Assembly: GCA_000992445.2 (NCBI GenBank)
Contig: LBUF02000001.1
Location: forward strand, 94,393-126,392
Length of the DNA: 32,000 nucleotides
From: Parcubacteria group bacterium GW2011_GWA2_38_13b
Lineage (GTDB): Bacteria > Patescibacteriota > Minisyncoccia > GWA2-38-13b
Direction: 5' to 3'
The notes below the pieces were generated by a model. The model was not told the origin of the DNA and searched no databases. It saw only the letters and a program-made list of their open reading frames with translations. Below, piece after piece: positions 15,300-22,343 of the stretch (its first letter is position 1; each line of letters starts with the position of its first letter). Both the position numbers and the translations under genes were made by a program.

Positions 15300-16629
15300 T
15301 AATAAAAATATGGAAATTCATGTGGAAAATGTGACCCGCGTAGAAGGCCACGGAATCATTGATGTTGAAATAAAAAACGGCGAGGTGACGAAATGCCTTT
15401 GGAAAATACCGGAAACGGCAAGATTTTTTGAAGCGATGGTGAGGGGAAGACGCTACGATGAAATTGCCGGCATTACTTCCCGCGTTTGCGGCATTTGTTC
15501 CATAGGACACCATACGGCAAGCCAAAAAGCGACGGAGAACGCTTTTGGCATAACGATTTCTCCGCAAACGGAAAAATTCCGAAAATTATTAATGCACGCG
15601 GAAAATTTCCAGAGCCACATCCTCCATACTCTTTATTTGGTGCTTCCCGATCTTTTGGGGATGAAAAGCGTCGTGGAAGTGGCGATGGCTTGTCCCGAAG
15701 AAGCGAAAATCGTTACGCGCCTTCACGGATTAGGCAATGAAATGTCCGCCTTAATAGGAGGACGCGCAACTCATCCTATTACATCAATCATTGGCGGTTT
15801 CACAAAATTGCCGAGCGAAAAAGAGTTGGCGGATATGCGAAAAAAATTGCTTAACTCCCTGAATGATTATTTCGCAATCGTTGAACTGCTGGGGAAAATA
15901 GCCGAAAAAATTCCCGTATTCACAAGAGAAACGGAATACATCTCTTTAAAAAACAATACGGATTATGCCATTTTAAACGGCAATCTGTATTCAAGCGATA
16001 ACGAATTTTATAATAATGCGGATTACCGAAACGTAATGAACGAATTCTGCGTGCCGCATTCCACTGCAAAATTCACGAAAAATCTGCGCGCTTCATTTAT
16101 GGTCGGAGCTTTAGCAAGATTTAACAACAATTACGCTATGATTCGCCCGCTGGCTCGAAGCATCGCGGAAAAACTCGGGCTAAAAGCACCGTGCCATAAT
16201 CCATTTATGAATAGCGTTGCCCAAGTGATTGAAACCGCGCATTCCATTGAAGACAGTATTGTTCTTATTCAAGAAATATTGGAAGAAGGAATAAAAAAAG
16301 AATGCCTAAGAGACATTTACGGCAAAGCCGATGCGGTAATCAAAGCGGGAGAAGGGATAGGTATGGTTGAAGTGCCGAGAGGATTACTTATTCATAATTA
16401 TAAATATGACGAAAAAGGCAAGGTCATTGAAGCAAACTGCGTAATTCCAACAAATATGAACCACTGGAACATCCAGCACGATTTGGAAAAACTGGTTCCG
16501 GAATTACTGGCGCAAGAAAAAACCAAAGAAGAAATCCAGCTCGCCTGCGAAATGAATGTCCGGGCTTATGACCCATGCATTTCCTGTTCCGTCCATGAAA
16601 TGCGATTAGTAAATATGGATTGGAAATAA
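15292..16629 (+). CDS. hyhL: [NiFe] hydrogenase large (alpha) catalytic subunit, group 3b type
   Basis: It has the N-terminal Ni-binding RVCGICS and the C-terminal DPCISCSVH; its size is about 445 aa. ATG 15310 is an alternative start. Confidence 0.9.
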   Translation: MHNNKNMEIHVENVTRVEGHGIIDVEIKNGEVTKCLWKIPETARFFEAMVRGRRYDEIAGITSRVCGICSIGHHTASQKATENAFGITISPQTEKFRKLLMHAENFQSHILHTLYLVLPDLLGMKSVVEVAMACPEEAKIVTRLHGLGNEMSALIGGRATHPITSIIGGFTKLPSEKELADMRKKLLNSLNDYFAIVELLGKIAEKIPVFTRETEYISLKNNTDYAILNGNLYSSDNEFYNNADYRNVMNEFCVPHSTAKFTKNLRASFMVGALARFNNNYAMIRPLARSIAEKLGLKAPCHNPFMNSVAQVIETAHSIEDSIVLIQEILEEGIKKECLRDIYGKADAVIKAGEGIGMVEVPRGLLIHNYKYDEKGKVIEANCVIPTNMNHWNIQHDLEKLVPELLAQEKTKEEIQLACEMNVRAYDPCISCSVHEMRLVNMDWK

Positions 16630-16631
16630 AA

Positions 16632-17099
16632 ATGAAAAAAATATTAATTTTGGGCATCGGTAATCCGCTTTTCAGCGATGAAGGAATTGGACCGTATATC
16701 GTTGAAGAATTAAAAAAATACTCGTTGCCAACCAATGTTAATGTAATTAACGGCGGAACCGGCGGCTTTGAGCTGATTCATTGCCTTCAAAAGCATGACA
16801 ACATAATAGTAATAGACGCGGTAGATATGAATATGACACCGGGAACGATTAAAAAATTGAAATTAAGCGATGTTTCAGGGAAAACGCATACTTGCCATTC
16901 ATTACATCAAACAAGTTTTACGGAAATAGTAGAACTGGCAAACGCACTTGGCAGTTATCCGAAAATTGTTATTTTCGGCGTCCAACCGAAAAATACGAAA
17001 GATTTAGGCGAATTAACGCCGGAAGTGAAAAATATGGTACCGACACTACTTGTTTGGCTGATAAAAGAAATTAAAAAAATCACTTACGAAAAAACATAA
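16632..17099 (+). CDS. Hydrogenase maturation endopeptidase (HycI/HoxW family)
   Basis: It has ILILGIGNPLFSDEGIG and IVIDAVD motifs. I prefer ATG 16632 (2 nt after the large-subunit stop) over the TTG at 16620. Confidence 0.85.
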   Translation: MKKILILGIGNPLFSDEGIGPYIVEELKKYSLPTNVNVINGGTGGFELIHCLQKHDNIIVIDAVDMNMTPGTIKKLKLSDVSGKTHTCHSLHQTSFTEIVELANALGSYPKIVIFGVQPKNTKDLGELTPEVKNMVPTLLVWLIKEIKKITYEKT

Positions 17100-17109
17100 G
17101 GAAAAATAA

Positions 17110-17149
17110 AACGCCTTGCTGTGCTAAACACAGCAAGGCGTTATTTTTT
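17110..17149. terminator. Bidirectional terminator between the hydrogenase operon and tdh
   Basis: The 14-bp stem AACGCCTTGCTGTG / CACAGCAAGGCGTT has a 5-nt loop. It is followed by ATTTTTT on the plus strand and preceded by an A-run. Confidence 0.85.
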
Positions 17150-17159
17150 GTCCTTATTA

Positions 17160-18203
17160 TTACATCAGCAACACAACTTTACCACAATCCCTACTTTTTA
17201 TCATCAAATCAAATCCGCGTTGCCATTCATTAAAAGGCAACTTATGGGTAATGATTGGCTCCACGGAATTGCGATAATGATTCAAAAAAAATACCGCAAT
17301 TTCCCAAGTTTTCCAAATATTCCTGCCGTAAATTCCCTGCGCCATTATACCTTTCAATGCAATCTTATTGTATGGCACGAAAACTGAATTATTTTCCGAC
17401 AAACCAAAAACCATAATTTTACCGCCCGGACGGCAAACGTTAATCGCGGTATTTATGCCAGACTCGCTGCCGGTCATCTCAAAAACAACATCAAACCAAC
17501 CACCATCTTTCTTTCCGATAAATTCATCCATAAAATCAACGCGCTTCTTAACACAATTTATTGAAGATACGCCGATTTTTTCAGCAATTTGCAAACGATA
17601 ATCATTATACCCAAGCATAGTGATGCTCTTTGCTTTCGATATTACGGCGACAACAGCAGTAAATAAAGCGGCGGGACCATCGCCTATGATCAAAATATCT
17701 TTATGTCTAACTTCCGCTTTATTAACGCAATAAACCGCGTTGCCCAATGGTTCCTGGATAGAAGCCAAATAAGGCGGTAACGAAATATCATTACGAATCA
17801 AAACTTTTTCCGGAACCGCGATATATTCGGCAAAACATCCATCGCGATCCACACCTAAAAGTTTTAAATTAGGGCATAAATTTTTATCTTCGCGTTCACA
17901 AGTCGGACATTTTCCGCAATAAATATGCGTCTCAGCGGAAACATAATCGCCAATTTTCCATTTGACGATATTTCTCCCAATAGCTTTAATATACCCGGCA
18001 AATTCGTGTCCTAAAATATGCGGAAATTTTTTGATCCTTTTTTGCATAGCCGGAGTATATTTATAAATACTGCAATCCGTGCCGCAAATAGATACAGCCG
18101 CTACTTTTATCAAAACTTCATCCGGCGCGATTTTCGGAACAGGCATATCACGCATTTCAACTATCGGATTGCCCTCTTTCAAATCCAGCACTATCGCTTT
18201 CAT
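17160..18203 (-). CDS. tdh: L-threonine 3-dehydrogenase (zinc-dependent MDR family)
   Basis: It recalls E. coli Tdh along its length: ICGTD, GHEFAG, the structural Zn motif CGKCPTCEREDKNLC, GCFAEY, EPLGNAV, QGIYGRNIWKTW, PIITHK and GKVVL. An AAAGGAG SD is present. Confidence 0.8.
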   Translation of the reverse strand: MKAIVLDLKEGNPIVEMRDMPVPKIAPDEVLIKVAAVSICGTDCSIYKYTPAMQKRIKKFPHILGHEFAGYIKAIGRNIVKWKIGDYVSAETHIYCGKCPTCEREDKNLCPNLKLLGVDRDGCFAEYIAVPEKVLIRNDISLPPYLASIQEPLGNAVYCVNKAEVRHKDILIIGDGPAALFTAVVAVISKAKSITMLGYNDYRLQIAEKIGVSSINCVKKRVDFMDEFIGKKDGGWFDVVFEMTGSESGINTAINVCRPGGKIMVFGLSENNSVFVPYNKIALKGIMAQGIYGRNIWKTWEIAVFFLNHYRNSVEPIITHKLPFNEWQRGFDLMIKSRDCGKVVLLM

Positions 18204-18248
18204 ATTTTCTCCTTTACTGAAAAAATTTCAAAAAACAAAATTCTTAAT

Positions 18249-18277
18249 ATAATACCGGCAAAAATCAACACAGTCAA
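18249..18277 (-). promoter_or_regulatory. tdh promoter
   Basis: On the minus strand: TTGACT (rc of 18272-18277), 17-nt spacer, TATTAT (rc of 18249-18254). Confidence 0.45.
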
Positions 18278-18280
18278 CTA

Positions 18281-18308
18281 AAAAAGGCTTTGCCGAATTA
18301 ACGCAAAG
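18281..18308 (-). terminator. Intrinsic terminator downstream of the pyrH remnant
   Basis: On the minus strand, the stem CTTTGC/GCAAAG (9-nt loop) is followed by CCTTTTTT. Confidence 0.5.
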
Positions 18309-18349
18309 TCACCATTTCATCAAATTCCATAAAATAAAAAAATGTTTAA

Positions 18350-18715
18350 CTAATCAAAGTACCAATGAATTTTTTCCCTAAAATACTTTTTTTTGCGAAA
18401 ATCGTCAATAATACCCTCAACGGCATACTCGTAAGATACGTTACGGACAAGATGAGCGTTAATATGAGTAGCGTAAATTCCTATCAAATCCAAGTCCCCG
18501 CAAGAAACAATGCCCAATTTCCGCGCGGCTTCCTGATAAATCCTCGCTGTTTTGCCTCCTCCCACAACAATAATGAACCTAAATCCTTATTTCAGCATTT
18601 TCAGAATAAAGGCGCGAAAATTTTTCAAAAATTCAACATTAACTTCCCCGGCAACAGGAACAACGATTGACCCGCCGAGATCTATTATCACCGTCTTGTT
18701 ATTTTTATTTTTCAT
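18350..18715 (-). pseudogene. pyrH: Archaeal-type UMP kinase (amino-acid kinase fold) remnant with an in-frame TAA and no C-terminal half
   Basis: The reverse complement from ATG 18713-18715 reads MKNKNNKTVIIDLGGSIVVPVAGEVNVEFLKNFRAFILKMLK, then TAA (18587-18589). The same frame continues GFRFIIVVGGGKTARIYQEAARKLG...DLIGIYATHINAHLV. It stops about 110 aa short of a full-length UMP kinase. Confidence 0.6.
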
Positions 18716-18828
18716 AATACGTGGTCAATTTTAGAAAAAATCCGAATTCATTTTCAAGAAAATCCCGACGACGACTTCTGATAATTTCCGCTCGGGCGAA
18801 CAAAAAGGAGTAGAGGGGTTAAGGAAAA

Positions 18829-18842
18829 GCCTGCCGGCAGGC
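18829..18842. repeat. REP-like GC-rich palindrome (GCCTGCCGGCAGGC), third locus; probably the terminator of the hydrolase gene
   Basis: This is a perfect 14-nt palindrome of the same CCTGCC..GGCAGG family as at 1690-1858. T-runs flank it on both strands. Confidence 0.55.
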
Positions 18843-18895
18843 AGGGAATTTTTTCCCGCCCTCGCTTCTGGCATTTCGGCGAAAAAATTCGGCGG

Positions 18896-19465
18896 CTACT
18901 GTGAAAGAATTGCTTCTAAAATAACTGGCAATTCTTTCACCCCATCACTTCCGCTAAAATGTCCTTTCCCGTGTTCAATCGCAGTCTTTGCGCCAAGCCG
19001 TTCACCAAAAAGTTTTTTATTTTCCTGCGGCACAACATCGTCATTGTCAGAGAAAACCGCAAAAAACTTTTTGGTATGTTGCTTCACTTTAGCAAAATCA
19101 ATCGGTGTTTCCAACCACGGCTTGGCGATTTCTTCTTCCTCATCGGTTTTCAAGTTCATTAAAGTGAACCAACCGGCGACAAAAGTCGCACCTCCAACTT
19201 TTTTGTCGGCGGGCAGACTTTCCAAAAATCGGAGAATAGTTTGGCAACCGATACTATGCCCGACAAAATAAGTATTCTCGTCAACATCGCCGACAGTTTT
19301 AGAAAGGTGCGAAACCCACGCTTCAATTTTCGGCTCCGCCGGTTCCGGCATAGCCGGAACATGAACCTGAAAACCGTTTTTCTCTAGCTCTGTTTTGAGC
19401 CACGGAAACCAGCCCTCATCAGGGTAGCCGTCCCAACTATGAATTATGAAAGCGCGTTTAGTCAT
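18896..19465 (-). CDS. Alpha/beta serine hydrolase, YdeN/RBBP9-like
   Basis: 189 aa with the nucleophile elbow GHSIGC plus downstream Asp and His (DNDDVV, GKGHF). An ATGA overlap with the upstream methyltransferase lies at 19462-19465. Confidence 0.7.
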   Translation of the reverse strand: MTKRAFIIHSWDGYPDEGWFPWLKTELEKNGFQVHVPAMPEPAEPKIEAWVSHLSKTVGDVDENTYFVGHSIGCQTILRFLESLPADKKVGGATFVAGWFTLMNLKTDEEEEIAKPWLETPIDFAKVKQHTKKFFAVFSDNDDVVPQENKKLFGERLGAKTAIEHGKGHFSGSDGVKELPVILEAILSQ

Positions 19466-20259
19466 ACTTTTTTCAATTCAAAAATCATAAAAAGCGGGAT
19501 TTTTGAATACCTTTTGTAAAAACCGGGACCACCATTTTTGATAATCGATTTTAACGGTTTTGGTTCAATAAAATCCATGATCATAAACCCGCTTTTCAGA
19601 ATATCGCCGATAATGTTAGATAGGGGCCGATGATAGTAAGTAACCTTAATGTCCGGGAAGTCAATGGCATTAAACTCATTAAACATAATATCATTAATTT
19701 TTTTGGTATTAAGGTAACTACCAAAAACTTCACACTTCCCGTCTTTATATTTTTCGTATCCAAGCAGAGAAGAATACTTTTCTTTCGAACGATTTGTTTC
19801 GGCTCCCCAGCTTACCGGATGATGCGTGGAGAACAAAAATGTTCCGCCTTTTTTCAAAATCTTATAAACCCCTTGCAAGGTTTTTGTCCAATCTTTGACA
19901 TAGTGCATAGTCAAACCTGAATACACAAAATCAAAAGAGTCATCGGCAAAATTCAGTTTTTCCATATCCATAACTTGAAATTCCAAATCGGGATAACTCT
20001 TTTTTGCAAAATCAATCAGCCCCTTTGAAATATCTATGCCGATGACTCTTTTTGCTCCAAGAGATTTTAAGTGTTCACATTCTTCACCAGTTCCACAACC
20101 AATACATAAAACAGACTTATCTTTTAGGTCGGGTAGTTTTTTATACATCGCGGGTTTCTCCAAAAATTTGTGCGCGATGTTTTTTCCACTTCGCATTCTT
20201 TCCGCCCACTTAAGAGCGTAATCGTCATAAGATTTGATTGTCTTTTTATCGATAGCCAT
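19462..20259 (-). CDS. Class I SAM-dependent methyltransferase
   Basis: It has motif I VLCIGCGTGEE and the post-I motif VIGIDIS, with a Methyltransf_11-like layout. Confidence 0.8.
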   Translation of the reverse strand: MAIDKKTIKSYDDYALKWAERMRSGKNIAHKFLEKPAMYKKLPDLKDKSVLCIGCGTGEECEHLKSLGAKRVIGIDISKGLIDFAKKSYPDLEFQVMDMEKLNFADDSFDFVYSGLTMHYVKDWTKTLQGVYKILKKGGTFLFSTHHPVSWGAETNRSKEKYSSLLGYEKYKDGKCEVFGSYLNTKKINDIMFNEFNAIDFPDIKVTYYHRPLSNIIGDILKSGFMIMDFIEPKPLKSIIKNGGPGFYKRYSKIPLFMIFELKKV

Positions 20260-20271
20260 ATTGATATTGAA

Positions 20272-20400
20272 TTATTTTAAAAGCTCGTCAGCCGATACCC
20301 CAAGCGCATTAGCTATTTTAGCAACTGTCGCAAGGGTAGGATTTTTCTTCCCATTCTCAATATTGCTGATATAACCTCTATTAACCTCTAAAACGCTCAC
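20272..20400 (-). pseudogene. 5'-truncated XRE-family HTH gene remnant (42 codons)
   Basis: Only the C-terminal two thirds of an XRE HTH is recognisable (VLEVNRGYISNIENGKKNPTLATVAKIANALGVSADELLK). The best start is GTG 20400, with AAGGAG 7 nt upstream. The ORF-track extension to 20463 runs through the tRNA terminator hairpin. Confidence 0.45.
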
Positions 20401-20436
20401 GCAATATCTCCTTACTTCCGCGTTTTTCAGAAAGGA

Positions 20437-20463
20437 TTGCCGCGGGGCGAAGCCCCGCGGCAA
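20437..20463 (-). terminator. Hairpin terminator downstream of tRNA-Ala
   Basis: The 11-bp GC-rich stem TTGCCGCGGGG / CCCCGCGGCAA has a 5-nt loop. On the minus strand it is followed by TCCTTTCT. Confidence 0.5.
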
Positions 20464-20483
20464 CTTCTTCGGTAAATCTGAAC

Positions 20484-20557
20484 TGGTGGACCTGGGGGGA
20501 ATTGGACCCCCGTCCCCGCAATGCGAATGCGATGCACTACCACTATGCTACAGGCCC
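20484..20557 (-). tRNA. tRNA-Ala (anticodon CGC), CCA encoded
   Basis: The reverse complement is GGGCCTGTAGCATAGTGGTAGTGCATCGCATTCGCATTGCGGGGACGGGGGTCCAATTCCCCCCAGGTCCACCA. It folds as a cloverleaf with a 7-bp acceptor stem carrying the G3:U70 alanine identity pair. The anticodon loop is TTCGCAT and the T-stem is 5 bp GGGGG/CCCCC. Confidence 0.9.
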
Positions 20558-20570
20558 GTTTACATAAATA

Positions 20571-20599
20571 ATTCTACGGCTTCCAAGCAACAATTACAA
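20571..20599 (-). promoter_or_regulatory. Possible tRNA-Ala promoter
   Basis: On the minus strand: TTGTAA (rc of 20594-20599), 17-nt spacer, TAGAAT (rc of 20571-20576). It lies 13 nt upstream of tRNA position 1. Confidence 0.4.
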
Positions 20600-20621
20600 T
20601 ACAAATTCATTGATTAAAATC

Positions 20622-20650
20622 AATACGGCGCGGAAAATCCGCGCCGTATT
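20622..20650 (-). terminator. Intrinsic terminator after the surface-protein gene
   Basis: Perfect 12-bp stem AATACGGCGCGG / CCGCGCCGTATT with a 5-nt loop. T-rich sequence follows on the minus strand. Confidence 0.65.
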
Positions 20651-20677
20651 GCGAAATATAAACAATAATTATACTTA

Positions 20678-22183
20678 TTATTCCCCATGTTCTCCTGTCT
20701 GTTCTTCTTGATTTTCAGTTAAAATTTTTAATTTTTGCTCCAATTCTTTAATCGTATCCGCCAAGACCAAAGATTCTTTTTCTTTTCTATCGCGATAAAG
20801 ACGATGACGGTAAAAGAGAATAATCAATAAACCCAAAAGCGCGATTATGATTATGGAAACAATAACACTCGGTAAAGTATTGTTTTCAATTATCGCCGCC
20901 GTCAAATTCATAAAATCCTTGTCAACAATGCTTTCAGCGACAACAGTCAAAAGCTCTTCGTTTAAAGAAAGATTTTTTTGATACTTAATTGTCGCGAAGA
21001 CGACAATAGTTTTTTTATTCTTCGCCGCCTCAGATACAACTGCGGTAAATTGGATAATATCTTCCTGTCCGGGCTTTATTTCGCCTATTTCCAAACTCAA
21101 CGCGTTGTCTTTTTCGGCGAATTTTCTATCGCTCTCCTTGAATTGCAATTCTTCCGGCAAAAAGATTTGCAAATTGGCGTTTATCAAAGAAATTTCCGCT
21201 TCATTACGATAATAAATTTCATATTCGCTTATGCCGCCCGGCGGAACTTTTTTGTTTTTGGATTTGAAGATAAGTTCAAGCGGAGAATTATTCAAAAGAA
21301 TGGTTGTTGTCGCAGAATCCACCAAAAAATCTTTATTCGCAACCGTAACAATATTTTCTATTACAACATTTTCCGAGAATTTTTTTCCCCTGACCTTGAT
21401 CGTAAATTCTAAACGCGCTCTGGACGCAATTTTTGGAATATCCCACGAAACTTCATTCTGCGAACTATTGCTGTATTTATAATTCGGCGAAGCTTCAAAA
21501 AATTCCAGAAAAACCGAAAGCTTGTCTGAAATATGCAAATTATAGACAGGCTTATCGCTTATATTTTCTATACCTACCAAAAACTCGAAAACGTCCCCCG
21601 CCTTTCCGGCTACCACCGATTCGGCGCCATTGGGAAAAGATAAATTAGCGATGGTATGATTGACAGCCAATGGCAAAACGGCGGCGACAACCAATGTATC
21701 TGTGTTTGATTGCGAAATCAATAATGATGTCCCGGATACCGTATTTGAAAATGATTTGGAATCAATCGTTTCATTCGGCACCTTAAGCAACATTATTTGC
21801 CCATATTCTTTGCTTTCATGATTTTGAATAACAACTCTAAAAAAGTAATTCACGGCTGGATCGGGTAATGTAATCCGTTCTGAAATTGACCGAGAAGCGG
21901 TAGTACGAACGGTTCTTGGATAAGTAAAATTTCCCAACGCATCCGTTCGCCCCCATTCAAACCAATAATTAGCCGGGAGCGACAAATCGGACGGATTAAG
22001 AAATCCGTTTAATTGAACCCGCGTTTTGCTCAAAAATAAAGCCGGCTTGGTTTCAATCACGGATGCCGCAGTCGCCGTTCGAAAAGAAAACGCGAAAAAA
22101 AACAAAGGCAAAATCAAAACTGCCGCAACGATAATCTTTGTAAATAATTTATTATTTTTCATATATGTGATTATAATATCCAT
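20678..22183 (-). CDS. Cell-surface protein with an N-terminal signal, an Fn3-like WFEWG module, two DUF11-like repeats, a C-terminal TM anchor and a charged coiled-coil tail
   Basis: 501 aa with the signal FFFAFSFRTATAAS and the module LNGFLNPSDLSLPANYWFEWGRTDALG. Its DUF11-like segments are AGDVFEFLVGIENISDKPVYNLHISDKL and PGGISEYEIYYRNEAEISLINANLQIFLPEEL. The TM anchor is LPSVIVSIIIIALLGLLIILFY, followed by a K/E-rich tail. Start may be M8 (22162). Confidence 0.6.
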   Translation of the reverse strand: MDIIITYMKNNKLFTKIIVAAVLILPLFFFAFSFRTATAASVIETKPALFLSKTRVQLNGFLNPSDLSLPANYWFEWGRTDALGNFTYPRTVRTTASRSISERITLPDPAVNYFFRVVIQNHESKEYGQIMLLKVPNETIDSKSFSNTVSGTSLLISQSNTDTLVVAAVLPLAVNHTIANLSFPNGAESVVAGKAGDVFEFLVGIENISDKPVYNLHISDKLSVFLEFFEASPNYKYSNSSQNEVSWDIPKIASRARLEFTIKVRGKKFSENVVIENIVTVANKDFLVDSATTTILLNNSPLELIFKSKNKKVPPGGISEYEIYYRNEAEISLINANLQIFLPEELQFKESDRKFAEKDNALSLEIGEIKPGQEDIIQFTAVVSEAAKNKKTIVVFATIKYQKNLSLNEELLTVVAESIVDKDFMNLTAAIIENNTLPSVIVSIIIIALLGLLIILFYRHRLYRDRKEKESLVLADTIKELEQKLKILTENQEEQTGEHGE

Positions 22184-22206
22184 TTAACTATAAATCTTAA
22201 TATTCA

Positions 22207-22235
22207 TAATAACACTAATTTATGTATTTTGTCAA
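22207..22235 (-). promoter_or_regulatory. Promoter of the surface-protein gene
   Basis: On the minus strand: TTGACA (rc of 22230-22235), 17-nt spacer, TTATTA (or 18-nt spacer, TATTAT). Confidence 0.4.
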
Positions 22236-22292
22236 TAGTTTGTACCGGCACTACTAACCTTAAATACCCGAAAATATACTGTAAACGTAAAT

Positions 22293-22320
22293 AAAAAATC
22301 CCGTCATCCGACGGAATTTT
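22293..22320 (-). terminator. Intrinsic terminator after rpsA
   Basis: On the minus strand, the hairpin AAAATTCCGTC ggat GACGGGATTTT (one mismatch) runs into TTTTTTAT. Confidence 0.55.
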
Positions 22321-22343
22321 CCCGAAACACAAAATTCAAAAAC

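Noticed and set aside
18587-18589. The in-frame TAA in the UMP kinase-like gene as evidence for stop-codon recoding or an alternative genetic code
   Set aside because: TAA terminates many well-supported genes here (the PD40 gene, hyhG, hyhL and the 47-aa ORF). TGA and TAG also act as stops at SD-supported gene junctions. The gene has additionally lost its C-terminal half, so decay is the simpler explanation.
18365-18734. Plus-strand ORFs (101 aa and 60 aa) across the pyrH remnant
   Set aside because: The minus-strand frame shows unmistakable UMP-kinase motifs. The plus-strand translations have no recognisable features.
20401-20463. 5' extension of the XRE-like ORF (MPRGFAPRQSFLKNAEVRRYC)
   Set aside because: It starts at a TTG inside the GC-rich tRNA terminator hairpin, and the translated extension is just the hairpin read through. 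It does not restore the missing HTH helices.
17160-20463. An active prophage or integrative element next to tRNA-Ala
   Set aside because: There is no integrase, excisionase, phage structural gene, transposase or detectable att repeat in the block. Only a relic interpretation is tenable.
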